Shown here: piece after piece, positions 29,092-40,343 of the stretch
How positions within the stretch are numbered: position 1 is the first letter of the stretch
Layout: the number at the start of each line of letters is the position of its first letter
Source of the DNA: Melioribacter roseus
GTDB lineage: Bacteria > Bacteroidota > Ignavibacteria > Ignavibacteriales > Melioribacteraceae
Direction of reading: 5' to 3'
Assembly: GCA_020722085.1 (NCBI GenBank)
Contig: DYLN01000001.1
Span: 1,368-65,367 of the forward strand
Length of the DNA: 64,000 nt
Notes under the pieces: model-generated
What the model saw: the letters and a program-made list of their open reading frames with translations, nothing else
What the model was told of the DNA's origin: nothing
Database searches by the model: none
Program-made: the position numbers and the translations under genes

Positions 29092-31299
29092 CTAATATTC
29101 CTCTTCGGAAACTGTTTCTTCTTTCTTCGGCAGTTTCCATGTTGCATAATCGCAATCGGGGTATCTGCTGCAGCCGAAAAATATTCTGCCGCGTTTTGTT
29201 CTTTTTGCTGTTAATTCTCCTTCGCCGCATTTAGGGCATTGAATTCCAGTAGTAACAACTTTAGTAAAATCACATTCGGGATATTTCTCACAGCCGATGA
29301 ACCTGCCAAACTTTCCATGCCGGTAAACGGTTCTTGAGCCGCATTTTGGGCATGTGTCGCCGGTATATTCTGGTTCGGAATTATTTTCTCCGTATTCTTT
29401 AAGTGATTTGATATTTTTGCACTCAGGATAATTTGTACATGCTAAAAATTTCCCGAATTTGCCCACTTTAATTTCCATATCCGAACCGCATTTATCGCAT
29501 TTCGGTTTTTCAATTTTTGATTCTACTTCATGCAACGTTTTGGAAAACGGTTCGTAAAAATCATTTAATACTTTTTCGTATTCGATGTTGCCGTCAGCAA
29601 TTGTATCAAGTTCATCTTCCATTTTTGCTGTAAAGTCAACATCAATTATATTGGGAAAATTTTGCACTAAAATTTGGTTGACTTTTTTGCCGAGTGTTGT
29701 AGGGATTAATTTTCTATCGATCTGATTTACATAATTTCTATCGAGAATTGTGCCCATAATAATTGCATAAGTGCTTGGTCTACCAATCCCGTTACTTTCC
29801 AACTCTTTAATTAACGAACTTTCTGTATACCGTGCGGGCGGTTTCGTGAAAGATTGATTTTTCTTCAACTCTTTTAATTCCAATTGTTGATTAATTTTGA
29901 GTCCAACCGGAATCAAGCCGCCGTTTCCGTTGTTATCATTATTGTCTTCAATCGTTTCATCGTAAATTGTTAAAAAACCAGGAAATTTCACCGCTGTACC
30001 GGACGCTCTAAATAAAAATTCATCTGCCTTTATCAGTACTGTTGTTATTTCCATAACAGCAGATTCCATCTGGCATGCGATAAAACGCTTCCAGATCAAT
30101 TCGTACAATTTATACTGGTCGGCAGACAAAAATGGTTTAACAAATTCCGGAGTATATTTCAAAGAAGTGGGACGAATAGCTTCATGAGCATCCTGAACAT
30201 GCTTCTTATTTTTTTGTTCATAAACTTTTGGTTTAGCAGGAACGTTTTCTCTGCCGAAATTCTGCTCTATAAAATCACGGGCATTGGAAACTATTTCTTC
30301 ATTCAAACGTGTAGAATCCGTTCTCATGTAAGTAATTAAACCCGTGATGCCCTCGCTGCCTAAATCTATACCTTCGTATAAATTTTGAGCTAACATCATA
30401 GTTTTTTTAGGTCTGAAACCGAGTTTCCTTGATGCTTCTACCTGAAGCGTGCTGGTAATAAAAGGAGGAAACGGATTTCTACGGTTTTCTTTTTTAGTTA
30501 AATCAGAAATTACAAATTTATCTTTAGCTTCTATTCTTGCGGCAAGTTCATTTGCAAACGATTGACTGTTAATAGCAAAGTTTGTTTTCAAAAACTCTTC
30601 CCAGTCTTTATCCGTCATTTCGGGTTTGGGCTGTATTTTTAACTGTTTACCTTCTACCTCATATAATTTAGCATGAAATTCATCACCTTTTTCTGTCTTA
30701 AAAACAGCAATTAAGTTCCAATATTCGGTAGGAATAAACTTATCAATTGCTTCTTCGCGTTCGCAAATTAGTCTAAGTGCAACCGATTGAACTCTACCGG
30801 CTGAAAGTGAACCGCTGTCAACTAAAGTTTTCCAGAGAAACGGGCTTATTTTATAGCCGATAATTCTATCCATAACACGTCGTGCTCTCTGAGAATTAAC
30901 TAAATTAGTGTTGATTTCATGCGGGTTTTCAATAGCAGATTTCACAGAATTTTTTGTTATCTCGTGAAAAAGAACTCTGTGAATTTTCGCATTTGTTTTA
31001 CCATCAATTATATCGGCAATATCTTGAGCTATTGCCTCGCCTTCCCTATCGGGGTCGGTAGCTATAAATACTTGTTTGGATTTAGAAGCAAGTTCCTTTA
31101 TTTTTTTTATCACATCACCTTTGCCACGGATGTTTAACAACGAAGGCTTAAAACCTTTTTCTATATCAACTCCTAATTTGGTTTTAGGAAGATTTTTAAG
31201 ATGTCCTACCGTAGCTTCTACAATAAAATCCTTACCAAGATATTTATTAATGGTTTTTGCCTTTGATGGGGATTCCACCAGTATCAGATTTTTGTTCAT
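29092..31299 (-). CDS. topA: DNA topoisomerase I
   Basis: 735 aa. TOPRIM LILVESPSKAKTI...ATDPDREGEAI, active-site YMRTDS, three C-terminal CxxC...CxxC zinc ribbons. Confidence 0.95.
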   Translation of the reverse strand: MNKNLILVESPSKAKTINKYLGKDFIVEATVGHLKNLPKTKLGVDIEKGFKPSLLNIRGKGDVIKKIKELASKSKQVFIATDPDREGEAIAQDIADIIDGKTNAKIHRVLFHEITKNSVKSAIENPHEINTNLVNSQRARRVMDRIIGYKISPFLWKTLVDSGSLSAGRVQSVALRLICEREEAIDKFIPTEYWNLIAVFKTEKGDEFHAKLYEVEGKQLKIQPKPEMTDKDWEEFLKTNFAINSQSFANELAARIEAKDKFVISDLTKKENRRNPFPPFITSTLQVEASRKLGFRPKKTMMLAQNLYEGIDLGSEGITGLITYMRTDSTRLNEEIVSNARDFIEQNFGRENVPAKPKVYEQKNKKHVQDAHEAIRPTSLKYTPEFVKPFLSADQYKLYELIWKRFIACQMESAVMEITTVLIKADEFLFRASGTAVKFPGFLTIYDETIEDNNDNNGNGGLIPVGLKINQQLELKELKKNQSFTKPPARYTESSLIKELESNGIGRPSTYAIIMGTILDRNYVNQIDRKLIPTTLGKKVNQILVQNFPNIIDVDFTAKMEDELDTIADGNIEYEKVLNDFYEPFSKTLHEVESKIEKPKCDKCGSDMEIKVGKFGKFLACTNYPECKNIKSLKEYGENNSEPEYTGDTCPKCGSRTVYRHGKFGRFIGCEKYPECDFTKVVTTGIQCPKCGEGELTAKRTKRGRIFFGCSRYPDCDYATWKLPKKEETVSEEEY

Positions 31300-31312
31300 A
31301 TGTATCCTTTAA

Positions 31313-31771
31313 TTAATTTATAGTATCGGACGAGTATAACAATACTCTACTCCCCGGCAGGATTTCGTAATCGAAATCGACAAGCGACAAAAGAATAATC
31401 CAATTTATCTCATTCTTTGTAATTTGATTTTCCGGGAACATCATCACTTGTTCCAGGATTAGTTCTACGTCCTTAGAATCGATTAATCCAACGTTCATTA
31501 AATGCAGCAGATAATTATAGTTATCGGTGCCTAACAATTCTTTCTCTTCGTCAGTAAATATTCTTAAATTTTTTCTGACGTTCTTTTTCCCTCTCTTTAG
31601 AGAGGCTTTCTTTACAAGCACTTTGTCAAAAACTAAACTAAAAGCAACGCTTACTGTTTGCTGATCAAACCGTTTATCTTTTAAAAGAGTTTTGTTTACT
31701 TCTTCGAGAGTATAATTGTTATTCAACCCTTCTAATATTTTTGCCAATGCTTCAACAATTTTTGATGTCAT
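31313..31771 (-). CDS. smg: Smg/DUF494-family protein
   Basis: 152 aa. Position next to topA and a pattern (RIFTDEEKELL...LLHLMNVGLID...INWIILLSL) resembling E. coli Smg. Confidence 0.55.
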   Translation of the reverse strand: MTSKIVEALAKILEGLNNNYTLEEVNKTLLKDKRFDQQTVSVAFSLVFDKVLVKKASLKRGKKNVRKNLRIFTDEEKELLGTDNYNYLLHLMNVGLIDSKDVELILEQVMMFPENQITKNEINWIILLSLVDFDYEILPGSRVLLYSSDTIN

Positions 31772-32217
31772 TCTGTTTCAATTAAATTATATAAATATTT
31801 TCGGTTAATCCGAATAAGTTCTTCTTCATTCAGTCTCATTATCAATCTTTGTCGTTCTGTTTTGTCATTAAATCCCAGCAAATGGAGTATGCCGTGAATA
31901 ATTAATCTTCCAATTTCCTCATTGAGCCTTACCCTGTATTTTTTTGCGTTTTTTTTAGCTTCATCCACACTAATCAAAATTTCGCCGTCAAAGTTATTAT
32001 TTTCTTTAGAATAATTAAAGGTGATAATGTCTGTAAAATAATCGTGTTTTAAGTGTTTTTTATTGATTTCCAGAATTTGTGTATTATTTATAAAATTTAT
32101 GGATAAATAGCTAATGGAAAAATTAAGTTGGATTTTTAATTGTCCAATTAATAAATGTATCTTTAATTTACTTATTTTATATGGTTTTTCAGCATATATT
32201 GATAATCCTTTTATCAT
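31768..32217 (-). CDS. ybeY: rRNA maturation endoribonuclease YbeY
   Basis: 149 aa. HGILHLLGFND zinc-binding motif. Confidence 0.9.
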   Translation of the reverse strand: MIKGLSIYAEKPYKISKLKIHLLIGQLKIQLNFSISYLSINFINNTQILEINKKHLKHDYFTDIITFNYSKENNNFDGEILISVDEAKKNAKKYRVRLNEEIGRLIIHGILHLLGFNDKTERQRLIMRLNEEELIRINRKYLYNLIETE

Positions 32218-32228
32218 AGCATGTAATT

Positions 32229-33095
32229 TTATGAAATAACTATTTCCTGTCCTTCTTTACCAGCAATACAATTAATCTTAAAATTTAGATGCTGAATATA
32301 ATTTTTCGATTCATTAAAAAGTTTATCAACATCTTTATCGGTATAGTCGGGATCGTAATGAAATAAAATAAGATTTTTTACTTCAGCTAATTCAGCAAAT
32401 TGCAGAACTGAGATGTTGTTGGAATGTCCCCAGCCGATTTTTTCAATATTATCTTTAACAGTGTACATAGCATCGTGAATCAAGTAGTCGCATCCTTTGC
32501 AAAATTCGATCAGTTCTTTATTTTTTTCGAGAATATTTTGTAAGCTGAATGGACTGTCGGCATCGAAGTAAATTTCATTGTCAGTCATATATACTATATC
32601 TTTGGCTCCGTGAATTCTGAAACCCAGAGTTCCCTTACTGTGATTCATTTTTTTTGTAGCAACTTTAAAGCCGTCAATCATGTACTCGTTATTTTCATCA
32701 ATTGCATGATATTTTATTCTTGCCTTTAAGACATTTGCTTTTACAGGGAAAAATAAAGGGTGCCATTGAGCCTCGAATATTTCAAAGCCTTCGATTCCCT
32801 GGTGTGCGTAAGAATATACATTAATATCATAATTTTCAAAATAGAGAGGATGAAAAAACGGCAGGCCCTGTATATGATCCCAATGGGAGTGAGAAATTAT
32901 TAAATTAATTTTGTTTTGAACGCCGTTTGATACAATTTCTTTACCCAATGCTCTTATTCCTGTACCCGCATCAATAATAAGATATCTCCCATCATCCTTT
33001 GTGATTTGAACGCATGGAGTATTGCCGCCGTATTCTATTGTATTTATTCCAGGCGTTGGAACTGATCCTCTTGTCCCCCAAAATTTAATTTTCAT
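32229..33095 (-). CDS. MBL-fold metallo-hydrolase
   Basis: 288 aa. ISHSHWDHIQG motif. Confidence 0.8.
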   Translation of the reverse strand: MKIKFWGTRGSVPTPGINTIEYGGNTPCVQITKDDGRYLIIDAGTGIRALGKEIVSNGVQNKINLIISHSHWDHIQGLPFFHPLYFENYDINVYSYAHQGIEGFEIFEAQWHPLFFPVKANVLKARIKYHAIDENNEYMIDGFKVATKKMNHSKGTLGFRIHGAKDIVYMTDNEIYFDADSPFSLQNILEKNKELIEFCKGCDYLIHDAMYTVKDNIEKIGWGHSNNISVLQFAELAEVKNLILFHYDPDYTDKDVDKLFNESKNYIQHLNFKINCIAGKEGQEIVIS

Positions 33096-33636
33096 CCAAA
33101 GAATCTCTCGTGATTATTGCATACTCAACATATCTTTTTGCAGAAGCCTCAATATCTCCCAATTCTTCGTTTGATAAATCTCTTATCACTTTAGCAGGCA
33201 CACCGGCAACAAGCTTCCCTGATGGAACTACAAAGCCAGGACGAACCACAGAACCGGCAGCAATCATAGAATTTTCTTCTGCAACAGCACCATCCAATAT
33301 AATAGAACCCATTCCTAATAAGCAATTATCCTTTATCACACATCCGTGTAATGTGACCGAGTGCCCAACAGTAACATTATTCCCAATAACCAGCGGAAAT
33401 TTACCATTTGTTACATGAAGCATGCACAAATCTTGTATATTGGTTTTGCTCCCTATTTTTATATAATGAACATCTCCTCTAATAACGGAATTGTACCAGA
33501 TGCTGGAACTTTCTCCTATCTCGACATCACCAATTATTTTTACACCGTTTGCTAAAAATACGCTTGGATGAATTTTGGGATAAATTTTTTTATATGGAAA
33601 TATTTTTATTTCTTTTGAAAGTGAAGATTTATTCAT
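33085..33636 (-). CDS. gamma-class carbonic anhydrase-like / hexapeptide-repeat protein
   Basis: 183 aa. Left-handed beta-helix repeats, with IRGDV...I.IG..TNIQD and HGC pattern of the YrdA/PaaY family. Confidence 0.8.
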   Translation of the reverse strand: MNKSSLSKEIKIFPYKKIYPKIHPSVFLANGVKIIGDVEIGESSSIWYNSVIRGDVHYIKIGSKTNIQDLCMLHVTNGKFPLVIGNNVTVGHSVTLHGCVIKDNCLLGMGSIILDGAVAEENSMIAAGSVVRPGFVVPSGKLVAGVPAKVIRDLSNEELGDIEASAKRYVEYAIITRDSLDEN

Positions 33637-33647
33637 TATTGTTTACA

Positions 33648-35249
33648 CTAATTTTTTAAGCCGGGCATTTTTTCTGCTTCGGAAAAAAGAGTATACGCTT
33701 TCTTGAACTGTAAATCATTGCGGAGAAGTACAGAATACCAACCTGAGTTTTTCCACATCTCGCGGGCAATATAGGCTTTTAATCTATTTGCAATTTCTGC
33801 TTTTGCATCTTTGAATTGTTTTATATTTTCTTTTACTTTCAACTCGGTAGCATATTTTACGAAGTCTTTCATATCATTTTCATTCAGTTGGAAGTCTTTT
33901 AAGAATAATTTCAGGCTGTTTCCGTATTTTTCTTTTAAAGGAATGCTGTTTTTATCCATGTAATTTCTTACAAATTGGTAATAAACATTAGCCTTTCGTA
34001 GTTGAAGTTCATAATCCGATAATTTTTCCGGTTCAATAATAAAGTCGGGAGTAATTCCCCCGCCGCCGAATATTTGACGACCGTGCATCGTCTTGTAAAC
34101 TTTACGGGTTGAATCTTTTTCGGCTATATGGTAAAAATTATCGGAATTTTCTTCGGTTCTATCTATTATTTCTTCATAATATTCTTTTTTGTTTGAGTAG
34201 TCTCTTTGAATTTCTCTGCCGCTTGGCGTGTAGTAACGGGCTACTGTTATTCTGACGGCTGAGCTGTCGGGTAACTTTATTGGTCTTTGAACAAGACCTT
34301 TGCCGAATGTTGTTTCACCTACGATTAGACCTCTATCCCAATCCTGAACTGCGCCAGCAACAATTTCGCTTGCTGAAGCTGTTCCTCTATTAACAAGAAT
34401 AATTAATGGAATCTTTTCATACAAATAGGAATTTCCCGCAAAAAATTTCTCATTAAACTCATCAAGTCTTCCTTTAGTAAAAACAATTAACTTTTTATCA
34501 TCAATAAAAAAATCAGCTACTTGATACGCCTGTTCAAGATAACCGCCGGGATTGTTTCTAAGATCAAGAATCAATCTTTTCATACCTTTACCAGCAAGAT
34601 CATCCAATGATTTTTTCAGTTCATCGGTTGTAGTTTCGGAAAATCTGTTCAGACTTATATAGCCTGTTGAATCATCGTACATCAAAGAAACATCAACGGA
34701 ATTTAAGGCAATTTCTTCCCTTACAAGTTTGAAATTTATATTCTTTTTGGCAGCCGGTCTGTAAACGGTTACTTTAACTTCCGTTCCTTTTTTACCGCGA
34801 AGAGTTTTGATTACATCTTCATTAGTAAAACCGATGCAGTTCTTGTCGTCTATTTTCACTATTCTATCACCTGGTAGAATTCCTGCTAACTCGCTCGGTC
34901 CGCCTGTAATAGGAGAAACAACCGTAATTGTATCGTTGATGATTTGAAATTCAATTCCGATGCCGTCAAAATTTCCTTGAAATTCTTCTTCTGATTGGGT
35001 TTCTTCCGCTGGAGAAAGATAAATTGTATGCGGATCTAGTTTATCAAACATCCCTCTAATTGCGTTTTCTACCAATGCTTTTGAACTAACGGAATCTACA
35101 TAATATTTTTCTGTGTAACGAAGCACATCATCAAATTTTGATAATTGTTCGTCATCACTTTCGTTAACAAAATTATTTAACTGGTAACCGATATAGGCTC
35201 CCAGCACAATTAGAAGTATATAAGTATAAATTTTATCTCTCAGCTTCAT
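33648..35249 (-). CDS. S41-family carboxyl-terminal processing protease
   Basis: 533 aa. PDZ (GGPSELAGILPGDRIVKID), LDLRNNPGGY, GTASASEI, TFGKGLVQ. Confidence 0.9.
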   Translation of the reverse strand: MKLRDKIYTYILLIVLGAYIGYQLNNFVNESDDEQLSKFDDVLRYTEKYYVDSVSSKALVENAIRGMFDKLDPHTIYLSPAEETQSEEEFQGNFDGIGIEFQIINDTITVVSPITGGPSELAGILPGDRIVKIDDKNCIGFTNEDVIKTLRGKKGTEVKVTVYRPAAKKNINFKLVREEIALNSVDVSLMYDDSTGYISLNRFSETTTDELKKSLDDLAGKGMKRLILDLRNNPGGYLEQAYQVADFFIDDKKLIVFTKGRLDEFNEKFFAGNSYLYEKIPLIILVNRGTASASEIVAGAVQDWDRGLIVGETTFGKGLVQRPIKLPDSSAVRITVARYYTPSGREIQRDYSNKKEYYEEIIDRTEENSDNFYHIAEKDSTRKVYKTMHGRQIFGGGGITPDFIIEPEKLSDYELQLRKANVYYQFVRNYMDKNSIPLKEKYGNSLKLFLKDFQLNENDMKDFVKYATELKVKENIKQFKDAKAEIANRLKAYIAREMWKNSGWYSVLLRNDLQFKKAYTLFSEAEKMPGLKN

Positions 35250-35252
35250 GAC

Positions 35253-36776
35253 TTACTTTTCTGTGATTTTCTTTTCGGGTCGCATTTGCGGAAATAAGAT
35301 TACATCACGTATTGATGGTTGATTTGTAAGCAGCATTACCAGGCGGTCAATTCCCACGCCAAGACCGGCAGTTGGAGGCATTCCATATTCGAGAGCACGA
35401 ACGTAATCCTCATCAATTTGGTGTGCTTCTTCATCGCCTTCCTCCCTAAATCTAGCTTGTTCCAAGAAGCGGTTTTTCTGGTCTATAGGATCATTTAATT
35501 CGCTGAAGGCATTGCATATTTCTCGTCCTAAAACAAATCCTTCAAATCTTTCTACCAATCCTTCTTTTGAGCGATGTTTTTTTGCCAGAGGTGATAATTC
35601 AACAGGATAATCCATCACAAATACCGGCTGAATTAAAGTAGGCTGAACGGAAATTTCAAAAACTTCATCAATCAATTTTCCTTTGCTTTCGCAGCCTTCT
35701 AATTTGAAACCGTTTTCCTTAAGGTACTTTTTCATAGTTTCTTCGTCAGCTTTCATAACATCAATGCCGGTTATCTTTTGAATTTCTTCCACCATCGATA
35801 ACCGTTTCCAGGGTGCTTTGAAATCAATTTTTTTGCCTTCAATTTCAAACTCAGTAGTCCCGAAAACATTGCTGCAGATATTCGAAATCATTTCTTCCAC
35901 AAACTCCATCATCCAAAAGTAGTCTTTATAAGCAACGTACAATTCCATCATAGTAAATTCGGGGTTATGAGTTCGGTCCATTCCTTCATTACGGAAATCT
36001 TTAGAGATTTCGTAAACGCCGTCAAAACCTCCTACAATAAGTCTTTTAAGATATAATTCATCTGCAATCCTCAAATATAGGTCAACATCTAAGGTATTAT
36101 GATGTGTAACAAAAGGTCTTGCTGCAGCGCCGCCATAGAGAGGCTGAAGCACCGGTGTTTCGACTTCAACTAATCCTTTGGAATCTAAGAATTTTCTCAT
36201 TTGGCTAATTATTTTAGAACGCATCATAAAAACATTTTTTACTTCAGGATTAACTATCAGATCAACATAGCGCTGACGGTAACGCAGTTCTTTGTCAGCA
36301 AATTGATCATAAACAATTTTATTGCCGGTTTCATCTTCTGCTTCTTTTGCAATTGGTATTGGTCTAATTGATTTAGCCAGTACAGCTAAAGATTTAGAAT
36401 GAACTGATATTTCGCCGGTTTTTGTTTTAAATACATAACCAGAAATTCCTATTAAGTCCCCAATATCGAGCAATTTAAAAACGTCATACATCTCGCCTAG
36501 ATCATCTTTCTTCAAATAAATCTGAATTCTTCCTTCTTTATCCTGAATATGAGCAAAAGAAGCTTTACCCATTCTTCGGATTGCCATAATTCTTCCGGCA
36601 ATTTTAACGTTTTTGCCTTCATAGTTTTCGTAATTTTCTTTGATTGTCTTCGAATATGAATCGACATCATAATTATAAGCGTAAGCAGGTATACCTTTTT
36701 TATTAAGTTCTTCAAGCTCTTCAAATCGTCTTTGAATTAAGGTGTTTAGATCTTGAATAGGGCTGCTGTTTTCCAA
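35253..36776 (-). CDS. lysS: lysine--tRNA ligase (class II)
   Basis: 507 aa. OB-fold N-terminus. Class II motifs [20 protein letters not shown] and [13 protein letters not shown]. Confidence 0.95.
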   Translation of the reverse strand: MENSSPIQDLNTLIQRRFEELEELNKKGIPAYAYNYDVDSYSKTIKENYENYEGKNVKIAGRIMAIRRMGKASFAHIQDKEGRIQIYLKKDDLGEMYDVFKLLDIGDLIGISGYVFKTKTGEISVHSKSLAVLAKSIRPIPIAKEAEDETGNKIVYDQFADKELRYRQRYVDLIVNPEVKNVFMMRSKIISQMRKFLDSKGLVEVETPVLQPLYGGAAARPFVTHHNTLDVDLYLRIADELYLKRLIVGGFDGVYEISKDFRNEGMDRTHNPEFTMMELYVAYKDYFWMMEFVEEMISNICSNVFGTTEFEIEGKKIDFKAPWKRLSMVEEIQKITGIDVMKADEETMKKYLKENGFKLEGCESKGKLIDEVFEISVQPTLIQPVFVMDYPVELSPLAKKHRSKEGLVERFEGFVLGREICNAFSELNDPIDQKNRFLEQARFREEGDEEAHQIDEDYVRALEYGMPPTAGLGVGIDRLVMLLTNQPSIRDVILFPQMRPEKKITEK

Positions 36777-36790
36777 TTTACCTCCGGACT

Positions 36791-38299
36791 TTAATTTCTT
36801 GTAAAATTAACAAGTCTTAAACAAACATTGTCCTGAACATAAATAGCTAAAGTTGTCGGGACAAGGTAATTATTAACTATCATGGAAAAAACTATCGGCT
36901 CGCCGGATACGGTTCTTAAGTAGCCAGATAATGACGACGCACCGATATTGTAACCACCTTTAGCACGGACATTATTCTCAGCATTTGTTTTTCGCATTCT
37001 ATTAACAAGTGTTCCATCTACACCCGCAATAGGCAGCGAAGAATAAAATTTATCAAACTCATTCGTTTTATACATATAACTAAGAAGATTTACTATCTGC
37101 CGCGGTGTAACAAGATTCAGCCGGGAAAGACCCGAGCCGTCAGCCATAACCATATTATCGGGATTAATGCCCATATTATTAAACAATTCACGGCATGCTT
37201 TTACACCATTTTCAGCAGTGCCGTAATTAAATATTTCCAGACCGAGAGTTTTTAATAACTGCTCGGCATAAAAGTTATTACTGTTTTTGTTTGTCTCTTT
37301 AATTATTTCATACAGCGGAACTGACCGATGCTTGATTAACGGCACTAAATTTTCCGGTAAAATGTGTTTGCTGAAATTTTTAATATCTGTCAAATAACCG
37401 TCTATTGTTATTCCCTTCTTTAGAAATGTTTCTTTCATTACGGTAAGAGCGTACATCACGGGGTTTTCAATTGCAACATGATCAATATATTTCTTATCGT
37501 TGATATTAATTCTTCCGAGAACGGTAATTAAGCCAGTTCCCTGCTGCCTCGTTACATTTATTTCAGTCCGTGTATTTCCATCTACAGTGATTACTTTCGG
37601 GATAATATTTACGTAGCTTGTATTCGGAACTACTGTAACGATTGCAGGGAAATTCAATTCTGACGGCTTAACATCTATTTCTACAGTATTATCGTTAAAA
37701 CTAATCGCAGAAGAAGGAGCTGAGAACCAATCGGATTCGTTATCCCACGCCCAGCCTCTTCCTAAGCCGAGGTCATCAAAACTGCTGTTGTCTCCTATTA
37801 AATTTCCGGAAACGTTCTTTATTCCCTTTGAAATAAGAGTATCTGCCCAATCTTCGAATATTTTAGTAGTAGTGCCGCCAGTAAATCTATTAGACAAGGT
37901 CGGGTCACCGCTTCCAAGAATAATCAAATCGCCGTTTAATGTTGAATCCGTTATATCACCGTTTGTAAATATTTGAGTAACATATTTATAATCTGAACCA
38001 AGCAGCAAAAGCGAAGCTGACGTGGTAAATAATTTCATATCTGAAGCAGGATAGAATAATTTATCGGCATTTCTTTTGTAAATAATTTCACCCGTTTTTA
38101 ATGATTTAATCACAACTCCCCAATAGGCATCGCTGAAATTCGGGTCGTTGAATAAATCTTCGAGCTGGTCTCTTAATTCATTTAACTGGTTTATAGGCTG
38201 TTTGGCTTTGGAAAGAAGCGTATCCTTCTGCGCACTTATTACAGTAGTAATAAATAGAAATAAAAAGATAACTTTCCAAAGACTGCTACATATTCGCAA
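36791..38299 (-). CDS. dacB: D-alanyl-D-alanine carboxypeptidase/endopeptidase (PBP4, S13 family)
   Basis: 502 aa. Signal peptide, SDMKLFT (SxxK), SGS, KGG-type motifs. Size typical of PBP4. Confidence 0.8.
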   Translation of the reverse strand: MRICSSLWKVIFLFLFITTVISAQKDTLLSKAKQPINQLNELRDQLEDLFNDPNFSDAYWGVVIKSLKTGEIIYKRNADKLFYPASDMKLFTTSASLLLLGSDYKYVTQIFTNGDITDSTLNGDLIILGSGDPTLSNRFTGGTTTKIFEDWADTLISKGIKNVSGNLIGDNSSFDDLGLGRGWAWDNESDWFSAPSSAISFNDNTVEIDVKPSELNFPAIVTVVPNTSYVNIIPKVITVDGNTRTEINVTRQQGTGLITVLGRININDKKYIDHVAIENPVMYALTVMKETFLKKGITIDGYLTDIKNFSKHILPENLVPLIKHRSVPLYEIIKETNKNSNNFYAEQLLKTLGLEIFNYGTAENGVKACRELFNNMGINPDNMVMADGSGLSRLNLVTPRQIVNLLSYMYKTNEFDKFYSSLPIAGVDGTLVNRMRKTNAENNVRAKGGYNIGASSLSGYLRTVSGEPIVFSMIVNNYLVPTTLAIYVQDNVCLRLVNFTRN

Positions 38300-38987
38300 T
38301 TTTTCTTATCTCCGTTTCAGGAATAATTCTATATTCACCTATTTTTAAGCCGCGTAAATCGAACGGTCCAAATCTGATTCTTTCTAGTTCTACAACCTTG
38401 TATTCTAACTGCTGAAACATCCTTTTAACGAAATGGTTTCTGCCTTCATTTGTTGTTGCTTTTACAATTCTTTGACTCTTCTTAAGATATTTTAGATCAA
38501 GAAAAATACTTTTCTTTCCATCCAAGAAAATTCCGCTTATTAATTTATTTCTATCTTTTTCTTCCAGCGGCTTATCGAGCGATACAACATATTCACGTAC
38601 TATTCTGTTACTAGGATGTAGAAAGTAATTTGAAAATTCCCCATCGTTGGTTAAAATTAAAACACCGGTAGTATTATAATCTAGTCTGCCGACAGGAAAG
38701 ATTCTATGATTTGTTTTAACAAGCTCGGTAACAAGTCTTCTGTTCTTTTCGTCTTTTAAGGAAGTAATGAAGCCCTTCGGTTTATACAGCAAATAATATA
38801 CTTTTTTTTCTCTCCTTAAGACTTCACCGTCGAATTTGACTACATCAGTTTCGGGATCTACCGTGACGGAAAACTCCATTGCAATTTTGTTATTTACTTC
38901 AATCCGCCCCTCTTTAATAAACTTTTCTACTTTTCTGCGGGATCCTATACCGCATTCGGAAAGAAATTTATTCAAGCGAGTTTTCAT
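38286..38987 (-). CDS. pseudouridine synthase, RsuA/RluB family
   Basis: 233 aa. N-terminal S4 domain (RLNKFLSECGIGSRR). Catalytic GRLDYNTTGVLILTNDG. Confidence 0.9.
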   Translation of the reverse strand: MKTRLNKFLSECGIGSRRKVEKFIKEGRIEVNNKIAMEFSVTVDPETDVVKFDGEVLRREKKVYYLLYKPKGFITSLKDEKNRRLVTELVKTNHRIFPVGRLDYNTTGVLILTNDGEFSNYFLHPSNRIVREYVVSLDKPLEEKDRNKLISGIFLDGKKSIFLDLKYLKKSQRIVKATTNEGRNHFVKRMFQQLEYKVVELERIRFGPFDLRGLKIGEYRIIPETEIRKIANM

Positions 38988-39627
38988 TTTCAGTCTCTAT
39001 TTCACCATTCATCTCTTCTTCAAGATTCTCTTCAATTTGGTTCATCATTATTTTTCTTTTCTGTTCCAGAAAATCCTCATCTCTCATCAGTTCTTCTATT
39101 TCTCTCGGTTTGGGGAGATCACTAATATTGTTCAGACCGAAATATTTTAGAAATTCTTTTGTTGTTATGTACAGTAAAGGACGTCCGACAGTTTCGGCTC
39201 TTCCTTTAATTGTGATAAGATTTTTCTCAAGAAGAGTATTAATCATATAATCGGAATTAACGCCGCGTATGGACTCGATTTCAGGTTTAGTAATGGGTTG
39301 TTTATATGCAATTATTGCCAATGTTTCGAGTGCAGCCTGGCTTAATTTTCTTTTATTTTTTTCAGTTGTTAAATATCCGACGTATTTCGCATATTCTTGT
39401 TTGGTACCAAAAATAAATCCTTCAGCTATTTTTAAGATGCTGAAAGAATTTTCGTTCGATTGATATTTCTGATTTATTTCCTGGATTGTATTTTCAATAT
39501 CTTCGGCGGTAACTTCAATGTCCTGACCGTCAATATCCTTAATAACCTTAATAATTTCAGCAGCAGATAGTGGCTCATCCGAAGCAAATATAAGTGCCTC
39601 GATAATTGATTTGTAAATCTTATCCAT
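38968..39627 (-). CDS. scpB: segregation and condensation protein B
   Basis: 219 aa. IEALIFASDEPLS start, GRPLLYITTKEFLKYFGL. Follows scpA. Confidence 0.9.
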   Translation of the reverse strand: MDKIYKSIIEALIFASDEPLSAAEIIKVIKDIDGQDIEVTAEDIENTIQEINQKYQSNENSFSILKIAEGFIFGTKQEYAKYVGYLTTEKNKRKLSQAALETLAIIAYKQPITKPEIESIRGVNSDYMINTLLEKNLITIKGRAETVGRPLLYITTKEFLKYFGLNNISDLPKPREIEELMRDEDFLEQKRKIMMNQIEENLEEEMNGEIETENENSLE

Positions 39628-40339
39628 TGTTCAGCCCGTAAATAATAAAATCATTAAACTTACCCGATTCGCGCAGTCCTATTTGTCCTGCTTTGACCAT
39701 TTCAAGCATTGCAATAAATGTTACAATAATTCGAATTTTTTCACGCAGTTCTTTTATTAATTCAAGGAAAGAAATTTCATTTTTAGATTCAACTTTTCTT
39801 AGTATGTATTCAATCTGTTCTTCAATAGTTACATTTATTTTCTGCACTTCATGGACAGCCTGCTTCGGCATATCCATCAAAGCCTGCCTAAAAGCTTTTA
39901 TTAAATCATAAAGAGTAACATTTTTCAAGAGTATATTAAGATCATTCGGTGCTTCCTTCATATCATGGCTGAAATTACCGCGAAAAGAAATTTTCCTTTG
40001 ATTAGATTCCATAAGAGACATCTCTTCGGAAACCTCTTTATAGCGTTTGTATTCGAGTAAGGCTTTTACTAGGTCGGCACGTGGATCAATTTCCTCACCT
40101 TTTTCATCAATCTCTCTCGGAAGCAACATCTTGACTTTTATTTGCATCAGGGTGGCAGCCATCAGAATAAAGTCACCTACAACTTCAAGGTCCAATTCTT
40201 GAAGCATGTGAAGATATTCCATAAACTCTTTTGTAATTCGTGAAATAGGAATATCATAGATATCCAGTTCATCTCTTTTTATAAAAAAAAGAAGCAGATC
40301 AAGAGGACCTTCAAATTCCTGAAGTCGAATTTTATACAT
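39620..40339 (-). CDS. scpA: segregation and condensation protein A
   Basis: 239 aa. FEGPLDLLLFFIKRDELDIYDIPI signature. Confidence 0.9.
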   Translation of the reverse strand: MYKIRLQEFEGPLDLLLFFIKRDELDIYDIPISRITKEFMEYLHMLQELDLEVVGDFILMAATLMQIKVKMLLPREIDEKGEEIDPRADLVKALLEYKRYKEVSEEMSLMESNQRKISFRGNFSHDMKEAPNDLNILLKNVTLYDLIKAFRQALMDMPKQAVHEVQKINVTIEEQIEYILRKVESKNEISFLELIKELREKIRIIVTFIAMLEMVKAGQIGLRESGKFNDFIIYGLNNG

Positions 40340-40343
40340 GGTT